Shown one piece after another: positions 1-9,310 of a stretch of DNA of 64,000 nt (position 1 is the stretch's first letter; each line of letters opens with the position of its first letter). Below the pieces are notes generated by a model, which saw only the letters and a program-made list of their open reading frames with translations, did not search any database and was not told where the DNA came from. Position numbers and translations under genes: made by a program. Source of the stretch: Dehalococcoidia bacterium (GTDB lineage: Bacteria > Chloroflexota > Dehalococcoidia > Lucifugimonadales > UBA2962); assembly GCA_034421295.1 (NCBI GenBank), contig DAOUKM010000003.1, positions 130,709-194,708 of the forward strand. Direction: 5' to 3'.

Positions 1-2
1 AG

Positions 3-230
3 CAGATAAAAGCGCTGGAGGCTCTGCCAGACGACCAGATCGACACGACCGACGCCAGGCGCGGGGTTTTCTACATGCCCGTGAAAAAGCAGATTACGCT
101 GAGGCGGGACGCTGACATCATGGCCTGGTTCAAGGCCCATGCTCGCGACGGCCGCGGCTACCAGACGAACATCAATAGAGCACTTCGAGAGCACGTCCGG
201 AGGACGGCTCGTTCCAGAAGATTGCGTTGA
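3..230 (+). CDS. BrnA/DUF4415-like antitoxin, C-terminal part (5' end outside window)
   Basis: Not in the ORF track because no start lies in the window. Frame 3 is open from the window edge: QIKALEALPDDQIDTTDARRGVFYMPVKKQITLRRDADIMAWFKAHARDGRGYQTNINRALREHVRR..., stop TGA 228-230. The K-x-ITLRxDxD-x3-WFK-x(4-6)-GYQTxIN pattern is the typical C-terminus of BrnA-type antitoxins. Confidence 0.5.
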   Translation, partial: QIKALEALPDDQIDTTDARRGVFYMPVKKQITLRRDADIMAWFKAHARDGRGYQTNINRALREHVRRTARSRRLR

Positions 231-343
231 TTGACCGGGCCGGGTAACCGCGTGGCAAAGAGCTTGATGGGTACACTCCCAAGACGGGTGTCCAATGCTA
301 TCCGTCTTTGCGGAGACAAACGTAACCCAACTGTTGGGAGTGC

Positions 344-2617
344 ATGACCACATGTGGGGTGTTCAAAATGATGGTTGACCGCAGCCTTCGCGCGATGCTA
401 GTCGTGGCGGCGCTCGTCGTGCTCGCGGGCTTGCTCGCACATGAAGTGGACGCCCAGGCAGCCGATGGCGAACTTGAGGTGCGGGTGGCTGCCCAGCGCC
501 TCGCAGATGGGCGCACGGAATTCGCCCTGCAGGAACGCAACGCTGACGGATCCTGGGCCGAGCGTCGGCTGCCCCGGGCTCGCTTCTTCCCGGCGAACCC
601 GCAGATCGGCCGATGGCTGTCGAGCTCACCGCTCGCAATCGAATTCGCCCCGGACAGCATGGCCACTGATGACGACGAGCCCGACCTTGAGGTCCGTGTT
701 GCCGCGCAACTGCTCGCCGATGGGCGTACTGAGTTCGCCCTTCAGGAACGAAATGCTGACGGATCCTGGGCCGAGCGTCGGCTGCCCCGGGCTCGCTTCT
801 TCCCGGCGAACCCGCAGATCGGCCGATGGCTGTCGAGCTCACCGCTGGTGGTGAGAGCGATGCCAATAGTGCAGCTGTCGGCGGCCGAAGTGTACGCCCT
901 AGTTTCTCCTTCGGTGGCATTCATCGAGACAACCGCCGCCACGGGGAGCGGAATCCTGATTGACGGCGGTTACGTCATCACCAATTACCACGTGGTATGG
1001 CCTTACGAATCGGTCTGGGTTGTATTCCCCGACGGAACGGAGTTGACGAATGTGCCGGTGGTGGGTTGGGATCCAATGGCGGACCTCGCGGTATTGGGAC
1101 CAGTTGGCGTGTCGGCCCAGCCCTTGAGTCTCGCAGACGGGGAAGGCGCGGCCTTGGGCAGCGAACTGCTCTTGGTTGGTTACCCCGCAGAGGTGGAACT
1201 TTTCCCGCAGCCTACAGTCACCCGCGGCATACTCTCCCGCTTTAGAGAGTGGGAGCGTCTGGGCATGACATACCTCCAGACCGACGCCGCCATCGAGGGC
1301 GGTCAGAGCGGCGGAGCTTTGGTAAATGACTCGGGCGATGTGGTCGGGATCTCCACTTATACATACGGTGAAGCTGGCTTCGGATTGGCAGCGTCCTCGG
1401 TCGACATCATGCCCATAGTGGAGAAGCTCATCGAGGGCCGGTTCACATCCGGCCTGGGTGACCGCCGTCTGCCCGCCGGGCGTGGCAGCTTAGATATCGA
1501 CCTCGATCTGAGCAATTACTGGGACGCACGCTCGTTCGTTTTGGACGCAGCGGCAGGAGTCATTCTGGAAGTCGCGGTTGAAGGATCAGGCGATGGATGG
1601 TTCCACGTGTCAAACGCATTTGGCCCATTGCTGGAAGTGGATGATAACTATACGGGCGTCGAGTACGGGGCCGTGGAACTGTTGACGAGCGGACCCCACT
1701 TCCTGCAGGTCGAGATGGCCTCGGGAGATTCATCCGGCTTTGAGTTGTCCAGCAATGTTCGGCTCAAGCCTTTGAATGATCCCGACGACGGTCGGGCTAT
1801 GACGGTTGGCGAAACCGTCGCCGGGAGTCTCGACCACCTCTCAGATTGGGACTGGTATTCGATTCACCTGATGGAAGGAGAGACAGTAAGGATCTCTACC
1901 GATTCCTTAAATGTAGACACCTTCATCTACGTTGACTTCCCTGGCTCCCGGAACAATCAGGTGGTATATGACGACGACAGCGGAGGCGGGCTGGGCGGCA
2001 GAAACTCCGAGCTCGTCTATCGGGCGCCTCACACTGGAGAGTTCTTCATCGCCGTCGTCGAGGCGCTTGGAGATAGCTCCGGAGGCTACTACCTGTCGGT
2101 GGAGCCAGCGCGGGCTGGTACGGAAACGGTAAGTGTGCAAACGAGCCCCGAAACGGTGGCCAGTCCCTATGGAAACATGGTGGTTTTCGAAGATCCCCTG
2201 GGCTATTTCTCAGTCCAGATTCCAGAAGCTTGGACTGAATTGCAGGCGGATGAATCGAACGGCGAAATATTCAGCGCCTACGATCTTGTGTCAGAAGGTG
2301 CTGCGCTTGCCGTCTGGGAAGACGTTCTTGCCCTAGGATTGGGAAGGTTGACTCTAAGCGAGTATGCGGACGTAATAGAGTCGATAGTCTTCGTGCCTGA
2401 TGGTGCAGTCAACATCACGAGGGAAGCAGTGAGAACGGTTCAGGGACTCCCTGCCATCGAATTGCAAGGGTCATTCTTCGGGGCTCGGACGATCAGGTTT
2501 ATCTATTTGTCCGATGACAGTATTGCTTTCAATCTCACCTACGCATTTACCCTCGATCAATGGGACGTAGGCAAACAGTTGGCTGATTATTCATTCAATA
2601 GCTTCCAGGTCAACTGA
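344..2617 (+). CDS. secreted trypsin-like serine protease with two N-terminal 71-aa repeats and a PPC (pre-peptidase C-terminal)-like domain
   Basis: 757-aa ORF with a hydrophobic signal-like N-terminus (LVVAALVVLAGLLA..AQA). Chymotrypsin-fold catalytic motifs are present: TNYHVV (His), DLAVL (Asp), GGQSGGALVN (Ser). A DWDWYSIHL...GGYYLSVE block is typical of PPC domains. GGGAG lies just upstream of ATG 344; ATG 368 is an alternative start. Confidence 0.85.
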   Translation: MTTCGVFKMMVDRSLRAMLVVAALVVLAGLLAHEVDAQAADGELEVRVAAQRLADGRTEFALQERNADGSWAERRLPRARFFPANPQIGRWLSSSPLAIEFAPDSMATDDDEPDLEVRVAAQLLADGRTEFALQERNADGSWAERRLPRARFFPANPQIGRWLSSSPLVVRAMPIVQLSAAEVYALVSPSVAFIETTAATGSGILIDGGYVITNYHVVWPYESVWVVFPDGTELTNVPVVGWDPMADLAVLGPVGVSAQPLSLADGEGAALGSELLLVGYPAEVELFPQPTVTRGILSRFREWERLGMTYLQTDAAIEGGQSGGALVNDSGDVVGISTYTYGEAGFGLAASSVDIMPIVEKLIEGRFTSGLGDRRLPAGRGSLDIDLDLSNYWDARSFVLDAAAGVILEVAVEGSGDGWFHVSNAFGPLLEVDDNYTGVEYGAVELLTSGPHFLQVEMASGDSSGFELSSNVRLKPLNDPDDGRAMTVGETVAGSLDHLSDWDWYSIHLMEGETVRISTDSLNVDTFIYVDFPGSRNNQVVYDDDSGGGLGGRNSELVYRAPHTGEFFIAVVEALGDSSGGYYLSVEPARAGTETVSVQTSPETVASPYGNMVVFEDPLGYFSVQIPEAWTELQADESNGEIFSAYDLVSEGAALAVWEDVLALGLGRLTLSEYADVIESIVFVPDGAVNITREAVRTVQGLPAIELQGSFFGARTIRFIYLSDDSIAFNLTYAFTLDQWDVGKQLADYSFNSFQVN
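470..850 (+). repeat. 213-bp (71-codon) tandem duplication inside the protease gene
   Basis: Copy 1 starts at 470 (ELEVRVAAQRLADGRTEF...) and copy 2 at 683 (DLEVRVAAQLLADGRTEF...). The 3' part of the unit is identical base-for-base over about 93 bp (542-634 vs 755-847). The 5' part carries scattered substitutions. Confidence 0.9.
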
Positions 2618-3347
2618 ATCGCCCGCCAGGACTGTGACCACTACGGTGAAGATGCCTTCCTGATCGTCGGCGACGCATACGCGCCAACATGTCCATGCTG
2701 CGAACGACATGCGAATGAATCTCTAAAACCCGGGTAGTGGAAAAACAGCCAACGGCGTGGGCCGGTAGGACGCATTTGATGTCCCGTCACTCCAGCTAGT
2801 ATGCCACTGTGCGAGACCTCAAAGGGAACCTTGACCCCTGCTCTGCCGATCTCCCTTTCTACTACACGCAGTAAGTGGTTCGCTTCAAGCTCCTCGTCGA
2901 AGACCATCGGGACTGACGGAATCGTGCCATGATCGTCTCCGGGCCACCTAGTGGAAAAATGCGAGGATACGGCGGGAGCCGTGCAGCCATGGTCACCGGC
3001 CTAACGGCCCGCCGCCCCCACTCAAGGAAGAATGGACGGGTCCTTCCATATTAGCTTGGCACCCCAAAGGCACCTGGGCGGATCGAGCGGAGCCTGCCGC
3101 CAATTCTGAAGTACCGGGACGCCCTCCGGGGCGGGTCGAGCTGGACCACCTTCCATGACCCCACGCGGGCCTGCCGTGCAAGCGCTGCAGCGAACCAGTG
3201 AACGGCATCCGTATGCTCGATGTGCCGAAGGAGCTGCCTGCAGCCAGAGCCGGAGATGCAAGCACAAGGTCAGGGGGAAGCCGGGATCTGCGGGCTCGGC
3301 GCTCCACCGCCTCCTGGCCCTGACGGCGGATCCCCGCAGGCAGCACG

Positions 3348-3620
3348 GTGGAGCTGTGGCTCGGGATATCCACCGACGAGTTCAGCCGCACGCGGACATC
3401 GCGCGACCGGTGGATTCGCAACCGCTACCCGCTGATAGAAGCCGGCATGTCTAGGCGGGATTGCCTGGGATGGTGGGCGGCGCGCTACGACAGGCCGCTT
3501 GAGCGATCGGCCTGCGTGGGCTGCCCCTACCAGTCACGACGACGGTGGGTCGAGACCATGCGCAGGTGGCCAGAACTGTTCGCCGAGGCCGTGCGGCTTG
3601 ATCAGCTTGATCTCAAGCTC
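3348..3620 (+). pseudogene. remnant of a PAPS-reductase/phage-type adenine-nucleotide alpha-hydrolase gene (C-terminal part only)
   Basis: The translation GISTDEFSRTR...NRYPLIEAGMSRRDCLGWWAARYDRPLERSACVGCPYQSRRRWVETMRRWPELFAEAVRLD matches the C-terminal YPL(I/L)-x-G-x-R-x-DC...SAC-x-x-CP...W signature of PAPS-reductase-like proteins from phages and mobile elements. No N-terminal SGGKDS P-loop is found in frame upstream. The rest of the 341-aa ORF is low-complexity P/R/S-rich sequence. Confidence 0.35.
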
Positions 3621-4593
3621 CCGCATGCGCTCCTCGGCTATGTCCCGCTCCACCCGGTCTTCCTCCTCTACGCCGCCTCCGGGACGCACGCTGTGAAGGA
3701 CCATCTCAACCCCAGAAAATTCCATGAGCGCGCCTCCGCAATGCGGTATCGCAGTCCCTCTCCTCGATCCTCACTCGTGATCATTCCGACCGTGAGACTT
3801 GAACCCTGCCCCCTCGAAGAGCCTCATTCGGCCCCCGCACGACCTCCCGACATGACGCGTCAACGTCCGGCCGGAATTGCCCCACCGTGCGCCGCTGACC
3901 TCGCTCCGCTCACCTCGACTGCACCGTCCGATAGGACCATCAGGACCGAGAGCTTGGGGTCCTGTCTGACTTCCCTTTTGGGAACTCTCGACTGGAACGG
4001 GGGGGGCGAAAACTCGTTCGCCGATCCGGATGCCACTTCCCTTTTGTCCGCCTATATGCCGCCGCCCGCAGGCAAAAGTACAAGTGGAAATCAATCTCCC
4101 AATACCTGTACAGCCGCCCGACAGCGAAACGGTCCCAAACGGAGGGCCTGCGGCAGGGAGGCGACTACGCCGACAGTTCTGGGAAAGCACTCCAGGCCCG
4201 TCGGCAGAGACCGCATTCGATCCCACGAATCCGCGATGCCCAAAGGTGCTGAGAGATGCCGGCGCGGCCCCTGTCGACGCCCGTACCCGTGGAGTTCTTC
4301 TCTCATCCGGCGACTATCCGTCTGGCCACGGGTGATGATCACAGGGTCGACAGATCAGCAACAGCCGCACTGACTGCGCGCCCTTCAGCCTCGCCGTAAC
4401 CTCGATAGCCGGTCCCGTCACCCCATCCGGCCCTAGGCTCGGGCCATGCTCCAATGTCTCACGAACCCCGGCCTTTGGGACACATTGGCCTGCGACAGCA
4501 GGTGGCCGCTTTTGAGCGCCTTCTGCACATGGGCCAAGTTTGCCGATTTGTCAAACGCGGGCGTACCAGCACCAGGCCTCCCGTAATTCAGGG

Positions 4594-7173
4594 TCAGGGC
4601 GTAACCTCGTACTCCACCTCCGCGACTTTGCGGTCACCCGAGTACACGTATACGACGTAGCGCCCGGGTGCCCATTTACCCGACGGAGATTGCCCCACGG
4701 AAAACCACGATGTCCCACCTATATACCTGCCCTCCGCAACAATGGAGTAGCTCCTGCGCCTGAACTCAAAGCCGTCCTCGAAGTACTCCACGATCTCCAT
4801 CGGTACTTCTTGCGTCCCACTCGACAGAGAGTATGAGTATTTGAGCGTAAGGTACACCCAGTCACTTACGTCCTCCGCCGAGAAGACGGAAACGGTCGAA
4901 CCATCAATGCGCGTACTGACGTAAGCCTCGTCGATACGCCCGTTGATGCTGTTCAGGTAAGGATCGACAGGGCTGGGATCAAGTCCGGACAGGTCGTGGG
5001 GTTCCGTACCGTCATACCAGCGGGAGATGACTGTGTTCGCCCTACCGTCGTCCGAGAGAAAAGCCCTCCTTACATCGTTGATGCTGACCGACGTACCCAA
5101 GAGGTTGTCTGCACCGTCTTCGATCTCCGACATCAGATAAAGCGAACGTAGCCCTTTCCGAAAACTCTGGTCTCCTAGCGTTCGATGCAGGTCGGCGAAC
5201 AGGCGCTCCCCCAGCGAATAGTTACATCCGAATTCACGGTCGCCTCTGAAAGCTTCTAGGGTCTCCAACTCAGCGATGTTTCGGGCATATCCGCAGGGAA
5301 GGTTGGTGACGCCTACCGGCTTTCCGGTCCGCATACCCTCGATAGCGGACGCCACGAAATCCGCCGCGCCCTCGTCCACCCAATCGGCGTTGCCATTCCA
5401 GTAATAGTGCGCAACCTCGTGTGCGTTGCTGTGGCCTGCGAACGACGCTTCGTGGCTACCGTCGTCGACGTCGTATTCGGGACGGACAGCGATATGGGTG
5501 CCGAAGTAAGTCCCCACAAAGGAGCCGGATACCGCATTCTCGTATAGGAGGGCCACATACCTGGTCGGGAAGGGCGTACCCATGAACTCCTCCACACCGC
5601 GGACAGAGTGCTCCAGCAAGTCCATCGATCTCTCAGCGCCGGGTGCCGTGCGGATGATGTCAAGGATGACATCGCCGGAGAGCGGCAACGTAATGACGCG
5701 GCGCTCCAGCAGCACTCTTGAACGGTCAAGCAGTACTTCGATCAATTCGGGGTTCGTCTGGGCCACGCCATAGAGCGTTGCCACGACTGGCACTATATCG
5801 TCGGTGATACCACCTCGAATCGCCGGGTGGGACATCACAAGGTTGAACGCCTCCGGTCTGAAGGAGGAGAGGTCGGAGAGGGAGTCTACAGCCGACAAAT
5901 CGGGCGGCTCCACTGATTCAAGGAACTGCATACCGACGACCTTCATACCCTGCTCCGGGTGTCCGTTAGAGAGGTAGGAGAGTTCCTGGATCAACTGGAC
6001 CTCCAGGCCAGTGATCGCGTCGCCCACCCAGTTGAGGCCGACGACAGACGCGGCGACATGTGGACTGACGAAATTGCTTACCCAGCTAATGGCGTCCGAC
6101 TCCTGCGGGTCGATTGCATCCTGAATCCAGTCCATGGATATGAGGTTAAGAGCAGTGGCAGAATCCTCGTTGGCGATGTAGGAGAGGTATTCGATGGCCT
6201 TGACCTCTCCGTCATCGATCTCGTCTCCAATCCAGTCCAGGGAGACGACCGAGGATGCGACCTCCGCGCTGCTGAAGTTGTTTAGCCACCTGATCGCCTG
6301 ACCCTCGATGGGTTCGACACCGTCTTGTACCCATCTGAAGGAGACGACTGAAGAAGCGACGGACCGGCTAGTTACCGCAATGTAGAGAAAATCCTGGATC
6401 GCCTCGGACTCCGCATCGTCAACGCCGTCCTGTATCCAACCCAGCTCCTTGATCGAGGATGCCAACCTCCAGTCCTGCTGCTCCAGCCAGCGGCCGTTCG
6501 TAAACTGGCCGAGGGAGAATGAGGACACAATTTCTGTGGCCTGGGGTGTGGGCCCAGGCGTGTTGGTCGGCGTGGGCACGGGGGTGGCCGAGGGTGTGGG
6601 CCCAGGCGTGTTGGTCGGCGTGGGCACGGGGGTGGCCGGAGGTGTGGGTACAGGCGTGTTGTTCCGCACAGGTGTATGGGTGGGCGACGGCATAATCGTC
6701 GGCGTTGCCGAATCCAGTGGCAGGATTGTTTCCGTTGGTTCGTCGATCGGAGGGGCTGTAGGGATAGGAGTGACAGTGGGAAGTGGTGTGGAGGTAGGGG
6801 TATGTGCTACGGCGACGAGTGCTTCAGGCGGGTCTTGTCCACCAGTTTGAAGGAAGATGATTAGGGAGACCGCAGCCGCTATCCCTATGGCGGCTACAAG
6901 GCCAACCAGAGCGGAAATCTTCCTCCCCGGCTTTGCTGTGGCGGACTGGCCTGAAGCCTGTCCCCTCTCCTGGCGCCATGCGTGTACGAAGGCAGCCGAA
7001 CAATACTGGCAGAGCCTGCCGCCATCGGGTACCAGCCCGCCGAGCTCGAGAAAGAGCGGCGCAACGTCTCTTTTTCGCCACCTTCCGATGCCCTTGGGAA
7101 CTTTTGGAAGACCGCACAGGGTGGAATCAGAGCGGGCGAGTGCATAATGGTAGGTGACTTGATGTGGATTCAA
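4594..7173 (-). CDS. membrane-anchored gluzincin (M1-like) zinc metallopeptidase with Pro/Thr linker and internal repeat array
   Basis: 859-aa ORF. The cytoplasmic N-terminus has two Cys pairs (C-x..C, CQYC). One TM helix (ISALVGLVAAIGIAAAVSLIIFL) follows, then a P/T-rich linker. Next come about five roughly 45-aa W(I/V)(Q/G)D...E..AI repeats. The zinc site is HEVAHYYW...WVDEGAADF (HExxH plus a downstream W-x-(N/D)-EG-x-A as in M1 peptidases). Confidence 0.8.
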   Translation of the reverse strand: MNPHQVTYHYALARSDSTLCGLPKVPKGIGRWRKRDVAPLFLELGGLVPDGGRLCQYCSAAFVHAWRQERGQASGQSATAKPGRKISALVGLVAAIGIAAAVSLIIFLQTGGQDPPEALVAVAHTPTSTPLPTVTPIPTAPPIDEPTETILPLDSATPTIMPSPTHTPVRNNTPVPTPPATPVPTPTNTPGPTPSATPVPTPTNTPGPTPQATEIVSSFSLGQFTNGRWLEQQDWRLASSIKELGWIQDGVDDAESEAIQDFLYIAVTSRSVASSVVSFRWVQDGVEPIEGQAIRWLNNFSSAEVASSVVSLDWIGDEIDDGEVKAIEYLSYIANEDSATALNLISMDWIQDAIDPQESDAISWVSNFVSPHVAASVVGLNWVGDAITGLEVQLIQELSYLSNGHPEQGMKVVGMQFLESVEPPDLSAVDSLSDLSSFRPEAFNLVMSHPAIRGGITDDIVPVVATLYGVAQTNPELIEVLLDRSRVLLERRVITLPLSGDVILDIIRTAPGAERSMDLLEHSVRGVEEFMGTPFPTRYVALLYENAVSGSFVGTYFGTHIAVRPEYDVDDGSHEASFAGHSNAHEVAHYYWNGNADWVDEGAADFVASAIEGMRTGKPVGVTNLPCGYARNIAELETLEAFRGDREFGCNYSLGERLFADLHRTLGDQSFRKGLRSLYLMSEIEDGADNLLGTSVSINDVRRAFLSDDGRANTVISRWYDGTEPHDLSGLDPSPVDPYLNSINGRIDEAYVSTRIDGSTVSVFSAEDVSDWVYLTLKYSYSLSSGTQEVPMEIVEYFEDGFEFRRRSYSIVAEGRYIGGTSWFSVGQSPSGKWAPGRYVVYVYSGDRKVAEVEYEVTP
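6545..6660 (-). repeat. 48-bp tandem repeat (about 2.4 copies) encoding ATPVPTPTNTPGPTP(S/Q)
   Basis: The plus-strand unit ggtgtgggcccaggcgtgttggtcggcgtgggcacgggggtggccgag is repeated head-to-tail (6545-6592, 6593-6640, partial third copy). It lies in the Pro/Thr linker of the metallopeptidase. Confidence 0.85.
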
Positions 7174-7610
7174 CTGGCTGCGCTCTGATGTTCGTTCAGA
7201 CGATTTTCAGCGGCCATATGCGACCGCCAATTGGCGCGGCAGACGGAAATTTGCATTGATAGCCAAGACTGCCATTGCCCGGCAGAGCATAGCGGGTCGA
7301 TACCGTCATGATCCCAGACTCGTTGGGGAGGAACTGCCGATATGATCCGACGTTTTACCCGATGTGTGAGGCTTGGTTTCCGGCTCACATACCTCCGCTT
7401 AGTTGGCCGCTTGGTTACAGACAGCCTGTACGGAGACTCGTCCCCGCACAGATAGGAACGGCCGCCAGAGGCTCTCTTCTGATCGGGTAAGTAGTCTTGT
7501 CAGATACCGAGCTTTCGTCCGCACCTCGGCCGAACGGGCACTCTATCAGCTAGCTGCCAAGAATGACGAGAAGGGTGGAGGGCCAATCACCAATAGCGAG
7601 AAGTGCGCTT

Positions 7611-8054
7611 ATGGAATACATAGGAGTAGACGGCTGTCGCTTTGGCTGGGTAAGCGTGGGACTCAGTCAGTGCGGAGTCTACGAAATTGAGAAGTTCACA
7701 GAATTTCGACAATTGCTGAAGCACTATCCACATGCAAGGCTCGTCCTAGTCGACATCCCCATTTGTCTGCCACAAGGACCAGGTGGACGTGATTGTGATC
7801 GAGAGGCCAGACGAAAGCTAGGGGCTCGTGGGCCAACCGTGTTTCCGACCCCGACCCGCCAGACAGTGCAGCAGGCGGCACGGTCCACCGGCGACTACAA
7901 GGCCTCCGCCGACCTCGAACAAGGCATAACCGGCAAACGAGTCAACCGGCCTGGCCGCCCGAACCGCTTTGCCGCTTCTCCATGGCCCGAGCGGTGGCCG
8001 TCAGATGCCCGGATGTCTCCACAGGGTAAGTGTCGGGCTCATCGAGTTTCCTGA
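7611..8054 (+). CDS. DUF429 (RNase H-like fold) family protein, apparently 3'-truncated
   Basis: MEYIGVDGCRFGWV...LVLVDIPICLP...RDCDREARRKLGARGPTVFPTPTR matches the DUF429 N-terminal signatures (GVDG-x-x-x-GW; D-I-P-I-G-L-P; C-D-x-x-AR-x-x-LG). Similarity stops near 7935, where the ORF runs antisense into the 3' end of pncB. The probable start is ATG 7611 rather than 7563. Confidence 0.5.
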   Translation: MEYIGVDGCRFGWVSVGLSQCGVYEIEKFTEFRQLLKHYPHARLVLVDIPICLPQGPGGRDCDREARRKLGARGPTVFPTPTRQTVQQAARSTGDYKASADLEQGITGKRVNRPGRPNRFAASPWPERWPSDARMSPQGKCRAHRVS

Positions 8055-9285
8055 GGCCCTCGGGGAGTCGTCCCATCTCCTCAAGTACTCGCCGCCGCAG
8101 ACCCTCCAAGGAGGCCGGGTCCTCCGTCCGGCGCCCTGCGCACATCACATCTTCGAGAAGGGCGCGCCATTGGCCCGGCGGGGCGGGCTCGGCAAGGCCC
8201 TGGATGCGGTCGCGGAGGTACTGGCCGCCCTCGGCAAGACGGTAGACTTGCTTTGGCCCCGGCGCATTTCTCTTCCCGGAGCTGAGCTTGATCACCGGCC
8301 TGCCGTCGTACTCGACCATCTTGTAAACGCAGTCGGTCGTTGGCGCGTCGGCCGAGACGGCCACCCTCGTTCCGACGCCGTACACGTCGATCGGGGCACC
8401 ACTGCGGGCAAGTCGACCGATCGAGTATTCGTCCAGGCCGCCGCTCGCGACGATCCTTACGTCCTTGAGCCCGGCGTGATCGAGCATTCGACGCGACCGG
8501 CGGGCCAGTGCCTCAAGGTCTCCGGAGTCGAGCCGGATCGCTGCGATCCGGCCCCCGAACTCGTCCGCTTCCCGCGCCACTCTGACCGCCGCGTCAACGC
8601 CCTCGAGCGTGTCGTACGTGTCTACCAGCAGGGTGGCCGACCGGGGAAAGGCCCGGACGAAGGCCCTGAAGGCCTCGGTATCTCCCTGGAAGGTCGTCAC
8701 AAAGGAGTGGGCCATCGTTCCCGCCGCCGGAATGTCGTATCGGTCGGCCGCCTCGACGTTGCTCGTCCCGGAAAAGCCGGCCATGTAGCCCGCCCGCGCC
8801 ATCTTCAGTGCCGCGTCCCTGCCCTGCGCCCTGCGGGCCCCGAAGTCGACCACCGAGGCAGGGTGCGCCGCGGCCACCACCCGGCATGCCTTTGTGGCCA
8901 GGGTCGTTTGCAGGTTGACCTGGTTCAGCAGGTAGGTCTCGACGAGTTGCGCCTCGATGACCGGTCCGGTCACTTCAAGAACCGGCTCCTGCGCAAAACA
9001 CGGAGTCCCCTCCGGCATCGCCCTGACCGAGCCAGTGAAACCGACTTCGCACAGGAACTGCAGGAAAGCGGGATCGAAATCGCCGCGACGCTCAAGGTAG
9101 GCAAGGTCGGCCGATTCGATCGCGAAGCCATCGAGGAAATCGAGCACATCCTCCAGGCCGGCGAAGATCTGGAATCCGCGGCAGGACGGAAGCGTCCGAA
9201 AGTAGAGGCTGAAGGTGGCCTGTGAGGTGTGGCCGCTTCGCCAATAGGCCTGCGCCATGGTCAGCTGGTACAGGTCAACGAGCAA
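7942..9285 (-). CDS. pncB: nicotinate phosphoribosyltransferase
   Basis: 447 aa. The N-terminus MLVDLYQLTMAQAYW and the internal DFGARRAQG...GTSNV...GTMAHSF motifs are characteristic of the NAPRTase family. Confidence 0.9.
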   Translation of the reverse strand: MLVDLYQLTMAQAYWRSGHTSQATFSLYFRTLPSCRGFQIFAGLEDVLDFLDGFAIESADLAYLERRGDFDPAFLQFLCEVGFTGSVRAMPEGTPCFAQEPVLEVTGPVIEAQLVETYLLNQVNLQTTLATKACRVVAAAHPASVVDFGARRAQGRDAALKMARAGYMAGFSGTSNVEAADRYDIPAAGTMAHSFVTTFQGDTEAFRAFVRAFPRSATLLVDTYDTLEGVDAAVRVAREADEFGGRIAAIRLDSGDLEALARRSRRMLDHAGLKDVRIVASGGLDEYSIGRLARSGAPIDVYGVGTRVAVSADAPTTDCVYKMVEYDGRPVIKLSSGKRNAPGPKQVYRLAEGGQYLRDRIQGLAEPAPPGQWRALLEDVMCAGRRTEDPASLEGLRRRVLEEMGRLPEGLRKLDEPDTYPVETSGHLTATARAMEKRQSGSGGQAG

Positions 9286-9310
9286 CCGTCGGTTCCCTGT
9301 GGAGCGCGTG

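Noticed and set aside
2641-2907. 88-aa minus-strand ORF
   Set aside because: There is no recognisable family and no RBS, and it lies in the decayed region. It may be a fragment of a lost gene, but I cannot support a call.
3621-4373. Downstream two-thirds of ORF 3348-4373
   Set aside because: After the PAPS-reductase-like segment the translation becomes P/S/R/A-rich low-complexity sequence. It is overlapped by equally long ORFs in other frames, so I treat it as non-coding.
6545-6660. Possible CRISPR-like direct repeats
   Set aside because: The repeats are contiguous without spacers, in frame, and encode a Pro/Thr linker inside a gene.
7969-9225. 418-aa plus-strand ORF
   Set aside because: It is antisense to pncB, with low-complexity R/G/P composition and no motifs.
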